The notes under the pieces are model-generated. The model made no database searches. It was not told the origin of the DNA and was given only the letters and a program-made list of their open reading frames with translations. Below are positions 44,470 to 52,808 of a stretch of 52,808 nt of DNA, piece by piece. Positions within the stretch are counted from its first letter, which is position 1, and each line of letters opens with the position of its first letter. The position numbers were made by a program, and so were the translations under genes. Origin of the DNA: Polyangia bacterium (GTDB lineage Bacteria > Myxococcota_A > Polyangia > Fen-1088); the NCBI GenBank assembly GCA_035544495.1, contig DATKEU010000418.1:1-52808 (forward strand). The letters are read 5' to 3'.

Positions 44470-45833
44470 CGCGTCCCCAGCGCCGCCAGAAGTTGCGCCC
44501 GCGCCGCGTCCACGTTGTAGCGCGCCGAGACCTCCTGCGCTGCCGCCGTCGTGTACGCCACCTGCGCGTCGGCCAGCTCGATCACGCTGCCCAGGCCGGT
44601 GCGGTAGCGACCCTCGGCCAAGCGCAGCTGCTCGCGCGCGTTGGTCAGCGCCTCCTCGGCGCCGTCGATGGTGGCCTTGGCGGCGCGAACGGCCAGGCGG
44701 GCCTGTTCGACGTCGGTCCCCACCTGCAGGCGCACGGCATCGACCTGCGCCGCCAGCGCGGAGAGCGTGCCGTTGGCCTCGTGAATCTGCCCGCGCGTCA
44801 GCCCGCCCTGCAGGATCGCCCAGCTGGCGCTCAGGCCCACGAACCAGTTCGGCGTCAGGTGCGTCGTGCCCGTGTCGGTCAACCCTCCGGTGGCCGACAG
44901 CGCCGGTCCGTAGTTGCCGCGGAACGCCGACACCGTCAGCTCCTGCGCGCGGCGCTGCTCCTCGGCGGCGGCGATCTCCGGGCGCGCGCGCAGCGCGATC
45001 TGGATCAGCTCGGCGCTGGCGCCATCCTCGCCCGGCACGGGCGGCTCGTCGCCATCGGTCAGCTGGTAGGTGGTGGTCTCGGGCACGCCCATCGCCTGGT
45101 TCAGGATCGCGCGCGCCGACGCCTCTGCGTTGTCGGCGGTCACCATCTGCACGCGCGCGTTGGCCACCGCGGTGCGCGCCGTGGCGAGATCGATCTGCGA
45201 TCGGATCCCGGCGCGCACGAAGGCCTGGATCTGCTCCAGGTGGCGTTGTTGATTCTCCAGCGCCTCGGCGGCCACGCGCGCCAGGTCGCGCTGGGCCAGG
45301 GCCTGGAAGTACGCGCGCCGGACCGCCAGCAGCGCCTGTGTCTCGGACGCGTGTGTGCTGGCCACGGCGGCGTCGTATCCGGCGGAGGCGGAGCGCCAGC
45401 GATCGGCGGTGCTGTTGAAGTCATAAATGAGCTGCGACGCAGACACCCCGAGCGTCCAATAGTTAAAGGTCGGTGTCCAGACGACCGTCGACGTTGTGCC
45501 AGCGGCTGCGATCATTCCTGCCGCCATCCCCCCGACCGTTCCGGTTGAAGTCTGCACCACCGCCCCGGGGCGCGCCGAGAAGTTCCCGGTTGTGCGCTGG
45601 TACGCCGCCGTGGCGGTGACCTGGGGCAGATACCCGGAGCGCGCCTCTTCCACGCGGCCGGCGGCGGCCTCCGCCTGGCCCTGGGCCTGGCGGATGGTGG
45701 GCTGCTGGCGCAGCGCCAGTTGCTCGGCCTGGGCCAGCGACAGCGCGGGTCGACCCGGATCGGGCGGCGAGCTCGTTGCCGGCGCGTCGGCGAACGCGGC
45801 GGCGGTCCAGAAGATGATCAGACGAAATGGCAT
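44466..45833 (-). CDS. TolC-family outer-membrane efflux protein (OMF)
   Basis: ORF 44466..45908 is trimmed to ATG 45833, giving the signal 'MPFRLIIFWTAAAFADA'. 'LSLAQAEQLALRQQPTIRQAQGQAEAAAGRVEEARSGYLPQV' is a typical OEP repeat opening. The two-repeat coiled architecture is present. Confidence 0.8.
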   Translation of the reverse strand: MPFRLIIFWTAAAFADAPATSSPPDPGRPALSLAQAEQLALRQQPTIRQAQGQAEAAAGRVEEARSGYLPQVTATAAYQRTTGNFSARPGAVVQTSTGTVGGMAAGMIAAAGTTSTVVWTPTFNYWTLGVSASQLIYDFNSTADRWRSASAGYDAAVASTHASETQALLAVRRAYFQALAQRDLARVAAEALENQQRHLEQIQAFVRAGIRSQIDLATARTAVANARVQMVTADNAEASARAILNQAMGVPETTTYQLTDGDEPPVPGEDGASAELIQIALRARPEIAAAEEQRRAQELTVSAFRGNYGPALSATGGLTDTGTTHLTPNWFVGLSASWAILQGGLTRGQIHEANGTLSALAAQVDAVRLQVGTDVEQARLAVRAAKATIDGAEEALTNAREQLRLAEGRYRTGLGSVIELADAQVAYTTAAAQEVSARYNVDAARAQLLAALGTR

Positions 45834-45958
45834 GGCGCGGATGATAGCCTGGGCATGGTTCCAGGACAGACCAGGTCCAGTCCCCGGTTGGTTAGGCGCG
45901 GGAACCAAATCGGGTTCACTTCATCCCAACCGCCAGGCCAACACTCCGGAGGAAAACA

Positions 45959-46846
45959 ATGACGATCACGGTCCTGGGCGCATCGGGAAAAACAGGCGGC
46001 GCTGTCGCCGGCCGACTGCTGGCGGCGGGCGTATCGGTCCGCGCCGTGGCGCGGTCGCGCGACAGGCTGGCGAGCCTGACCGCGAAGGGCGCCGCGGCCG
46101 TGGCCGCCGACATCGCGGATGCCGGCGCGCTGGCGCGCGCGCTCGAGGGCAGCGACGCCGTGTACGCGATGATCCCGGGCGACTACACCAGGCCCGATCT
46201 GCTGGGACAGTACGCCCGTGGGGCCAGCGGCATCGCCGGCGCCATCCGGGCGGCGCGCGTCAGGCGGGTCGTGTTCCTCAGCAGCCTGGGCGCCGAGCTT
46301 CCGTCGGGGACGGGGCCCATCGCCGGGCTGCATGGCGCCGAGCAGGCGTTGCGCGCGATCCCCGGGCTGGAGCTGCTGGTGCTGCGGCCCGGGTATTTTT
46401 ACGAGAACCAATACGGAACGCTGGGCCTTATCAAGCAGCAGGGAATCAACGGGGGCGCGATCGCCCCGGACGCCGCCATGACGATGATCGCCGCGCGCGA
46501 TATCGGCGAGGCGGCGGCCGATGCGCTGCTGAAGAACGATTTCTCCGGCGTCCGCGTGCGCGACATGGGCGGCCCGCGCCGCCTGACCATGACCGAAGCG
46601 ACGCGCATCATCGGTCGCGCCATCGGCAAGCCCGACCTGCCCTACGTGCAATTTCCGCCCGACGGGTTCGTCACCGGCCTCAAGAGCAATGGCTTCACCG
46701 ACGACGCCGCGCGCCTGTTCGCCGAGATGTCGGACGCCTTCAACCGCGGCCTGATCAAGCCGCAGCCCGGCAACGATTTCGTGTCGACGCCGACGACGTT
46801 CGAAGCGTTCGCCGAGGAGTTCGCGCGGGCGTTCCAGGCCGCCTGA
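45959..46846 (+). CDS. NmrA-like / atypical SDR NAD(P)-binding protein
   Basis: GGAGG lies 6 nt upstream. The Rossmann motif is 'MTITVLGASGKTGGAVAGRLLAAG'. Length and layout fit the NmrA/NAD(P)H-binding family. Confidence 0.75.
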   Translation: MTITVLGASGKTGGAVAGRLLAAGVSVRAVARSRDRLASLTAKGAAAVAADIADAGALARALEGSDAVYAMIPGDYTRPDLLGQYARGASGIAGAIRAARVRRVVFLSSLGAELPSGTGPIAGLHGAEQALRAIPGLELLVLRPGYFYENQYGTLGLIKQQGINGGAIAPDAAMTMIAARDIGEAAADALLKNDFSGVRVRDMGGPRRLTMTEATRIIGRAIGKPDLPYVQFPPDGFVTGLKSNGFTDDAARLFAEMSDAFNRGLIKPQPGNDFVSTPTTFEAFAEEFARAFQAA

Positions 46847-46974
46847 CGCCTGCCGCCTGCCGCGCTCCGAAAAAAAGCGACGATTTTTTCATTGGCCTGT
46901 CGATTTCGCCTGATCTCGTTCGTCGTCCCGGGGAAGGCGGAAAAGAAAGCAACCCCGGACCAAGGAGAGTGATC

Positions 46975-47343
46975 ATGCGCTACATCAGTCTTTTCACCCA
47001 CGAAGCGAAGCACAACGTCCCCCCGACGCCGGCCGAGATGGAGACCATGGGGAAGCTCATCGAGGAGGGCATGAAGGCGGGCTGGCTGATCGCGACCGAG
47101 GGTGTCCAGTTCGGACGCGAAGGCCTGCGCGTGCACAAGGACACGGGCGGCGACATCATCGTCACCGACGGACCCTTCGCCGAGGCCAAGGAGGTGATCG
47201 GCGGCTACGCCCTCTTGCGCGCCGGCTCGAAGGCGGAGGTGATCGAGCTCTGCCGGCGGTTCCTCAAGGTCGTCGGCCAGGGGACCTGCGAGGTGCACGA
47301 GCTCTTCGAACAGCCAGCGTCGGGCAGCCAGGCGCGGCACTGA
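46975..47343 (+). CDS. YCII-related (DGPF) domain protein
   Basis: ATG 46975 has AAGGAGAG 5 nt upstream. 'DGPFAEAKEVIGGYALLRAGSKAEVIELCRRF' is the hallmark YCII/DGPF motif. Confidence 0.8.
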   Translation: MRYISLFTHEAKHNVPPTPAEMETMGKLIEEGMKAGWLIATEGVQFGREGLRVHKDTGGDIIVTDGPFAEAKEVIGGYALLRAGSKAEVIELCRRFLKVVGQGTCEVHELFEQPASGSQARH

Positions 47344-47375
47344 GCCGAAGACGGCGAAAGAGTCGAGCCGCTGAA

Positions 47376-47403
47376 GAGCCACTTTCAGTGGCCTCGATTT
47401 TTT
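47376..47403 (+). terminator. Candidate intrinsic terminator after the YCII-like gene
   Basis: Hairpin 'gagccact-ttc-agtggcctc' (6 bp, a bulge, then 2 bp) followed by 'ga' and a T6 run (47398-47403). The stem is short and the loop is tight, so confidence is moderate. Confidence 0.45.
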
Positions 47404-47444
47404 AGCCTGCACCTTACAAAATTTTCGGTGTATATCGGTTGGCC

Positions 47445-49055
47445 ATGTCGCTGGCCAATCAAGGTCGAAGCAGGTTGCCGTGGGTCATCGCGATCGGGCT
47501 CGCCGGGCTGTGCGTCGCCGGGACCGTCGCCGCAAAGAACAAGGCCGCCGCCACCCTGGTGATCGGCCTTGACATCAGTGACACGACGACGCTGGATCCC
47601 GCGCGCGGCACCGGCTACAGCTCGCCGGCGTCGATCCACGCCGCCTACGACTGTCTGGTCACGATGACCCCGGAGAGCGGGTCGCGCCCGGTGGCCGCGC
47701 TGGCCACCAGCTGGGCGAAGACTCCCGACGGCAACGGCCTGCGGTTCAAGCTGCGCGCCGGCGTGAAGTTCGCCAGCGGCAACGTAATGACCGCCGACGA
47801 CGTCAAGTGGTCTCTGGACCGCGTGCTGCGCATCAAGGACCAACCCGCGCAGTACGCCCAGAACGTCACCGAGGTGCGGGTCGTCGATCCGTCGACGATC
47901 GACGTCGTGCTGAAGGATCCCAAGCAGCCGATCATCTCCATCCTGGCCGCGCCCGCCTTCGCGGTGCTGGACAGCGCGACGGTGAAGGCCCAGGGCGGCA
48001 GCGCCGAACCCAACGCCAAGGAGGCCGACAAGGCGACCGCCTGGCTGAACCAGCACTCGGCGGGAACCGGGCCCTTCGTGGTCGTCGGCTGGGAGCGCAA
48101 CAACTCGATCACGCTGCAGCGCAACCCCAACGACTGGCGCGGCAAATCCGGTTACGAACGGGTCGTCATCAGGCACATGAGCGACAGCGCCGCCCAGGTG
48201 CTGGCGGTCAAGCGCGGCGACATCGACGCCGCCTTCAACCTGATCCCCGAGCAGATAGCCTCGCTGAAGGGCAACGGCGACATCAACGTGAAGTCGCAGC
48301 TGAGCCTGGACTTCATCTACATGACACTGACCAGCGGGGCCGAGCTGAACCCGTCGCTGGCGAAGAAGCCGGCGCGCCAGGCGGTGGCCAGCGCCATCGA
48401 CTACGACGGCATTCGCGATTCGCTGCTGGGCGGCGCGGCCCAGCGTCCGCCCGCGTTCCTGCCCATCGGCGTCGGCGGCGTGACGGCCGCCGACACCAAG
48501 GCGTTCGGCCACCGCCAGGATCTCGCCCGCGCGAAGAAGCTCCTCGGCGAGGCGGGCCTGCCGGATGGGTTCGCGTTCGATCTGTCGTACGGCAACGCGT
48601 CCATCGCCGGCATCTCGTACCAGCTGCTGGCGCAGAAGATCCAGGCGGATCTCGGCCGGGTGGGCATCAAGGTCAACCTGCAGCCGATGGATCAGGTGAA
48701 CCTGCGGACCCAGTACAGCGGCGGCAAATCGTCGTCGGTGCTGACGTTCTGGAACCCGCCCGCGGTAGAGACGCAGCTGTGGGCCGCGGCCTCGATCGAA
48801 CGGGTCGCCAAGCGCGTGCACTGGACGCCGCCGCCGGAGCTGGCCCCGCTGGTGGCCGAGGCCGCCGGCGAGGAGAAGCCCGCCAAGCAGGCCGAGCTGT
48901 GGCGCGAGTACGAGAAGCGCATCGTCGACGAATCGAATTACCTGGTGCTGGTGCAGCCGATCTACCGGGTGGCCATCCGCAAGAACGTCAGCGGCCTGAA
49001 CCTGACGGCGGCGGGCTGGACCTTCGAGCTGTCCGGGGCCAAGCCGGCGTCATAG
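47445..49055 (+). CDS. ABC transporter substrate-binding protein, family 5 (peptide/nickel/glutathione type)
   Basis: The ORF starts at TTG 47439, but ATG 47445 is preferred. Signal 'MSLANQGRSRLPWVIAIGLAGLCVAGTVAA'. Size (536 aa) and blocks 'LVTMTPESG...VAALATSWAKTPDGNGLRFKLRAGVKFASGNVMTADDVKWSLDR' are typical of SBP_bac_5. Confidence 0.8.
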   Translation: MSLANQGRSRLPWVIAIGLAGLCVAGTVAAKNKAAATLVIGLDISDTTTLDPARGTGYSSPASIHAAYDCLVTMTPESGSRPVAALATSWAKTPDGNGLRFKLRAGVKFASGNVMTADDVKWSLDRVLRIKDQPAQYAQNVTEVRVVDPSTIDVVLKDPKQPIISILAAPAFAVLDSATVKAQGGSAEPNAKEADKATAWLNQHSAGTGPFVVVGWERNNSITLQRNPNDWRGKSGYERVVIRHMSDSAAQVLAVKRGDIDAAFNLIPEQIASLKGNGDINVKSQLSLDFIYMTLTSGAELNPSLAKKPARQAVASAIDYDGIRDSLLGGAAQRPPAFLPIGVGGVTAADTKAFGHRQDLARAKKLLGEAGLPDGFAFDLSYGNASIAGISYQLLAQKIQADLGRVGIKVNLQPMDQVNLRTQYSGGKSSSVLTFWNPPAVETQLWAAASIERVAKRVHWTPPPELAPLVAEAAGEEKPAKQAELWREYEKRIVDESNYLVLVQPIYRVAIRKNVSGLNLTAAGWTFELSGAKPAS

Positions 49056-49082
49056 CGCCCGCGGGCGCGGCCGGCGATCGCC

Positions 49083-50096
49083 ATGGTCTTGTATCTGGTC
49101 CGGCGGGTCGGCAGCGCCGTCCTGATGACGGCCCTGGCGACGGTGATGGTCTTCCTCATCGCCAACCAGGTCCCGGGCGATCCGGTGCTGGCCCAGCTCG
49201 GCGATCTGGCGGCGTCGGATCCGGCGTTCGTCGCCGAGTTCCGCGCCCTGCATCACCTGGATCGGCCGCTGCCGGAGCGCTACTGGATCTTCCTCGAGGG
49301 CCTCGTGCACGGCGATCTGGGGATGTCGATCGCCACCCAGCGGCCGGTGCTGGACGACATCGTGCAATACGCGCCCGCGACGGTCGAGCTGGCGACGGCG
49401 GCGTTCGTGCTGTCGCTGGCGATCGGCATCCCGCTCGGCGTGCTGGCGGCGGTGCGCCGGGACAGCTGGATCGATCACGTGGCGCGCGCGCTGTCTCTGG
49501 TCGGCGTGTCGTCGCCGACGTTCTGGCTGGCGTTCGTCGTCCTGGCGGTGTTCTACGGCGGGCTGCAGATCGCGCCCGGCCCCGGCCGTCTGGATCCGAG
49601 CGCGCTGGCGCCGCCGACGGTGACCGGGCTTTTCGTCATCGACAGCGTGGTCGCGCGCGACTGGGAGACCCTGGGCGCGGCGCTGGCGCACCTGGTGCTT
49701 CCGTCGCTGGTGCTGGCGGCGGCGACGCTGGGCCTGATCACGCGGACCACGCGCGCGGCGGTGCTGGATTCGCTGGGCCAGGATTACGTGCGCACGGCGC
49801 GCGCCAAGGGGCTGACCGAGTGGGCGGTGGTGATCCGGCACGCGCTGCGGAACGCGTGGATCCCCATCGTCACGCTGGGCGGGCTGGCGTATGCCAATCT
49901 ACTGACCGGCGCGGTCATGACCGAGACGGTGTTCTCCTGGCCCGGCCTCGGGCGCTACACCTTTCGCAGCGCGGTCGCCGTCGACTTCCCGGCGATCCTG
50001 GGCATCACGCTCCTGGTGGCGGTGGTCTACGTGGCGATCAATTTGATCATCGACCTGTCGTACGCGCTGCTGGATCCGCGGGTGCTCCGTTCATGA
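49083..50096 (+). CDS. ABC transporter permease (DppB/OppB/GsiC type)
   Basis: '[35 protein letters not shown]' is the typical N-terminus. The EAA-loop region reads '[25 protein letters not shown]'. Confidence 0.85.
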   Translation: MVLYLVRRVGSAVLMTALATVMVFLIANQVPGDPVLAQLGDLAASDPAFVAEFRALHHLDRPLPERYWIFLEGLVHGDLGMSIATQRPVLDDIVQYAPATVELATAAFVLSLAIGIPLGVLAAVRRDSWIDHVARALSLVGVSSPTFWLAFVVLAVFYGGLQIAPGPGRLDPSALAPPTVTGLFVIDSVVARDWETLGAALAHLVLPSLVLAAATLGLITRTTRAAVLDSLGQDYVRTARAKGLTEWAVVIRHALRNAWIPIVTLGGLAYANLLTGAVMTETVFSWPGLGRYTFRSAVAVDFPAILGITLLVAVVYVAINLIIDLSYALLDPRVLRS

Positions 50097-50986
50097 CGGC
50101 CGCCGCGCCGGTGCCGGCCGCGCCGCTGGATGGATGGCCCGCCGAGGGGCAACCTCGGGCGATCGCGAAGCGGCTTCTGCGCCGGTATGGCCTGGCGCTG
50201 GCGGGTGGGGCGATCGTCGCCGCCTGGCTCGGGGTGGCGCTGCTGGCGCGGCACCTGGCGCCCTACCCCTCCGACGCCGTCGACGTCGTGCAACGGCTGG
50301 CGCCGCCGTCGCGGGCGCACTGGCTGGGGACCGACGCCCTGGGGCGCGACGTGCTGTCGCGGGTGCTGGTGGGATCGCGGGTGTCGCTGCTGGCGGGGTT
50401 CACCGTCGTCCTGATCGGCGGCCTTCTGGGGACGCTCGTCGGCGCGGTGGCCGGTTACGCTGGAGGGCGCATCGAGGAGCTCCTGATGCGTGTGACCGAC
50501 CTCGTCCTCTGCTTTCCGCCGATCATCCTGGCGATGGCGATCGCGGCGGCGCTGGGCATCGGCGTGCGCAACACCATCATCGCCATGCTGGCGGTCTGGT
50601 GGCCGAAGTTCGCGCGCCTGGGACGCAGCCTGGTGCTGGTGCAGCGCAATCAGGAGTACGTCGAGGCGGCGCGCGTGGTGGGCCTGTCGCCGGCGACGAT
50701 CCTGTTTCGCCACATCATGCCCAACGCGCTGGGGCCGCTGGTCGTCCTGATCACGCTGGACATGGGCAACGCGATCATCACCTTCGCCGGGCTCAGCTTC
50801 CTGGGGCTCGGCGTCGTGCCGCCCACGCCCGAGTGGGGCGCCATGGTCGCCGAGGGGCGCGAGCTGGTCGAGCAGTGGTGGGTGGCGGCGTTCCCCGGCG
50901 TGGCGATCCTGTCGGTGGTGATGGCGTTCAACTTCATGGGCGACGGCTTCCGGGACTGGCTGGATCCCCGGTCGCGCGCGCAATGA
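50093..50986 (+). CDS. ABC transporter permease (DppC/OppC/GsiD type)
   Basis: The ATG overlaps the upstream stop as ATGA (50093-50096). Family blocks are '[24 protein letters not shown]' and '[25 protein letters not shown]'. Only the last 297 codons of track ORF 47807..50986 are coding. Confidence 0.85.
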   Translation: MTAAAPVPAAPLDGWPAEGQPRAIAKRLLRRYGLALAGGAIVAAWLGVALLARHLAPYPSDAVDVVQRLAPPSRAHWLGTDALGRDVLSRVLVGSRVSLLAGFTVVLIGGLLGTLVGAVAGYAGGRIEELLMRVTDLVLCFPPIILAMAIAAALGIGVRNTIIAMLAVWWPKFARLGRSLVLVQRNQEYVEAARVVGLSPATILFRHIMPNALGPLVVLITLDMGNAIITFAGLSFLGLGVVPPTPEWGAMVAEGRELVEQWWVAAFPGVAILSVVMAFNFMGDGFRDWLDPRSRAQ

Positions 50987-52808
50987 GCACGTCCGTCCCC
51001 GTCCCCGCGCCAGCGACGACCGCTCCCGATCCGTCGCGGGCGCTGCTCGAGGTGCGCGACCTGCGCGTCGGCTTCGCCACCGACGCGGGCCTCGTGCGCG
51101 CCGTCGACGGCGTCAGCTTCGACGTCGCGGCCGGGGCCACGCTGGGCATCGTGGGCGAATCCGGCTGCGGCAAGACCGTCACCGCGCTGTCGATCATGCG
51201 CTTGCTCAACCAGCCGAACCAGGTCGTCCGTGGCAAAGTCCGTTTTCGCGGGCGCGACGTGCTGGGCATGGCGGGCGCCGAGCTGCGCGCCCTGCGCGGC
51301 GGTCAGGTGGCGATGGTCTTTCAGGATCCGATGACGTCGCTGAACCCGGTGACGCGCATCCTGGCGCAGCTGACCGAGGCGATGCGCGCCCACGGCAAGC
51401 GCACCGAGCTGGAGGCGCGCGGCCGCGCGACCGCGCTGCTGCGGCGAATGGGCATCGCCGCGCCGGAGCGCCTGGTCGCCAGCTACCCGCATCAGCTGTC
51501 GGGCGGCATGCGCCAGCGCGTGATGCTGGCCATGGGGTTCTCGAACGATCCGTCGCTGCTGATCGCCGACGAGCCGACGACCGCGCTGGACGTCACCGTG
51601 CAGGCGCAGATCCTGGCGTTGCTGCGCGAGCTCAACGCCAGCTTCGGGACGGCGATCGTCCTCATCAGCCACAACCTGGGCGTCATCGCCAGCCTGTGCG
51701 CGCGCCTGCTGGTCATGTACGCCGGCGAGGTGGTGGAGGAAGGGCCGACCGCGGAGGTGCTGGCCGATCCGCGCCACCCGTACACCTGGGCGCTGCTCAA
51801 CGCCGCGCCGACGCTGGATGGGGCGAAGGCGCGCGGCCAGCGTCTCGTTACCATCGAGGGGACGCCGCCCGATCTCCTCCGCCCGCCGGCGGGGTGCCGG
51901 TTCCAGGAGCGCTGTCCGTTCAAGATCGCCCGCTGCGCGGAGCATCCGCGGCTCGATCCGGTAGGCGGCGGCGGCGGGCGGATGGCGCGCTGCTGGGTCA
52001 CGCAGGATGGCGGGGCGCTCCCGCGCGGCAACGGCGGCGGGGCTGTCGTTTCGACTATCGGCAAAGCGGCGGCGGCCCCAGGCGGCGCCGGCGAGGGGGC
52101 GCTCTTACGCGTGCGCCAGCTGCGGAAGGTGTTTCCCGTCGGGCGGCGCACGATGTTCGGCGCGCGCCCGACGATGACCGCGCTGGATGACGTCGACCTC
52201 GACGTCCACCGCGGCGAGACCGTGGGGCTGGTGGGCGAATCGGGCAGCGGGAAGTCGACGCTGGCGCGCCTGATCGTCCGCCTGCAACAGCCGACGGCCG
52301 GCACGATCCACTTCGCCGAGCACGACATCACGCACGCCCGCAACCGCGACATCCGCCCGCTGCGGCGCCGCATGCAGATGATCTTCCAGGATCCGCACTC
52401 GTCGCTGAACCCGCGCATGCGCGTGGGCGACACCCTGGCCGAGCCGCTGCGCCTGCACCGCCTGACCGAGGGACCGGCGGCGACGGCGGCGCGCGTGGCC
52501 GAGCTGCTGGCGCTGGTGGGGCTGCCCGCCAGCGCGGCGTCCAAGCACCCGCACGAGTTCTCGGGCGGCCAGCGGCAGCGCATCGCCATCGCCCGCGCGC
52601 TGGCCGTCGAGCCGGAGCTGATCGTCGCCGACGAGCCGGTGTCGTCGCTGGACGTGAACGTGCAGGGGCAGATCATCAACCTGCTCGGCGACCTGCAGCG
52701 GCGCCTGGGCCTGACGTATCTTTTCATCGCGCACGATCTGGCGGTGGTGCGCCACATCTCCGATCGGGTGGTGATCCTCTATCGCGGCCAGGTGATGGAG
52801 ACCGGCCG
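50983..52808 (+). CDS. Fused double ABC ATPase (DppD-DppF in one polypeptide, GsiA-like); 3' end beyond the window
   Basis: This gene is not in the ORF track because no stop is reached. The ATG overlaps the upstream stop as ATGA (50983-50986). I translated it by hand. Domain 1 has 'GESGCGKT', 'LSGGMRQR' and '[12 protein letters not shown]'. A Gly/Ala linker follows ('[24 protein letters not shown]'). Domain 2, from about 52090, has 'GESGSGKST', 'FSGGQRQR' and '[12 protein letters not shown]'. The frame is still open at 52808. Confidence 0.85.
   Translation, partial: MSTSVPVPAPATTAPDPSRALLEVRDLRVGFATDAGLVRAVDGVSFDVAAGATLGIVGESGCGKTVTALSIMRLLNQPNQVVRGKVRFRGRDVLGMAGAELRALRGGQVAMVFQDPMTSLNPVTRILAQLTEAMRAHGKRTELEARGRATALLRRMGIAAPERLVASYPHQLSGGMRQRVMLAMGFSNDPSLLIADEPTTALDVTVQAQILALLRELNASFGTAIVLISHNLGVIASLCARLLVMYAGEVVEEGPTAEVLADPRHPYTWALLNAAPTLDGAKARGQRLVTIEGTPPDLLRPPAGCRFQERCPFKIARCAEHPRLDPVGGGGGRMARCWVTQDGGALPRGNGGGAVVSTIGKAAAAPGGAGEGALLRVRQLRKVFPVGRRTMFGARPTMTALDDVDLDVHRGETVGLVGESGSGKSTLARLIVRLQQPTAGTIHFAEHDITHARNRDIRPLRRRMQMIFQDPHSSLNPRMRVGDTLAEPLRLHRLTEGPAATAARVAELLALVGLPASAASKHPHEFSGGQRQRIAIARALAVEPELIVADEPVSSLDVNVQGQIINLLGDLQRRLGLTYLFIAHDLAVVRHISDRVVILYRGQVMETG

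Noticed and set aside
47404-47444. A sigma-70-like promoter for the peptide ABC operon in the AT-rich 'ttagcctgcaccttacaaaattttcggtgtatatcgg'.
   Set aside because: A TATATC hexamer is present, but no hexamer at 16-18 nt upstream matches TTGACA better than 3 of 6. I note it as an AT-rich island only.
47807-50986. A 1059-aa plus-strand ORF spanning the SBP and both permease genes.
   Set aside because: Only the last 297 codons (from ATG 50093) look like a protein, namely a DppC-type permease. The rest is a frame-shifted shadow of the SBP and DppB-type genes.

Overview
This is very GC-rich DNA, about 70% by eye (not computed), with extreme third-codon-position GC. As a result, almost every real gene is shadowed by long antisense or out-of-frame ORFs in the supplied track.

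I call 37 protein-coding genes. They sit in tightly packed operons whose junctions are often overlapping stop/start codons (ATGA, GTGA, TGATG). I saw no rRNA, tRNA, CRISPR array, transposase, integrase or phage gene.

Lineage is an inference, not a search result. Three signals are typical of Myxococcota:
- Two proteins end in MYXO-CTERM-like tails.
- Most secreted proteins are lipoproteins with long Gly-rich tethers.
- There are two DUF1592-family/DUF1552 gene pairs.

Layout:
1. 2-2777: DUF1592-family/DUF1552 pair number 1.
2. 2799-7156 (minus strand): four-gene ECF sigma / anti-sigma-like / OM beta-barrel / CxxCH beta-propeller lipoprotein operon.
3. 7302-12837: divergent three-gene surface-protein operon (FG-GAP/ASPIC, unknown lipoprotein, beta-helix).
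4. 13025-16185: DUF1592-family/DUF1552 pair number 2.
5. 16365-23165: secreted protein, di-haem cytochrome c peroxidase, OM barrel and amicyanin-like cupredoxin, translationally coupled to a receptor Ser/Thr kinase.
6. 23175-31633: lipoprotein glycan-degradation island (GH2, CBM-like, GH27/36-like, CE4, clear PNGase F homologue).
7. 31640-36141 (minus strand): liv-type branched-chain amino-acid ABC operon.
8. 36605-36838: small Cys-rich secreted peptide gene.
9. 36812-45833 (minus strand): OMF-mdtA-mdtB-mdtC-like efflux operon.
10. 45959-47343: NmrA-like and YCII-like genes.
11. 47445 to the window end: Dpp/Gsi-type peptide ABC operon with a fused double ATPase.

The two most interesting uncharacterised candidates are the peroxidase/cupredoxin/barrel/kinase operon and the ECF-linked barrel plus haem-motif lipoprotein operon. 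Both are hypotheses built from motifs and gene order only. All family assignments come from motif recognition by eye and need HMM or BLAST confirmation.
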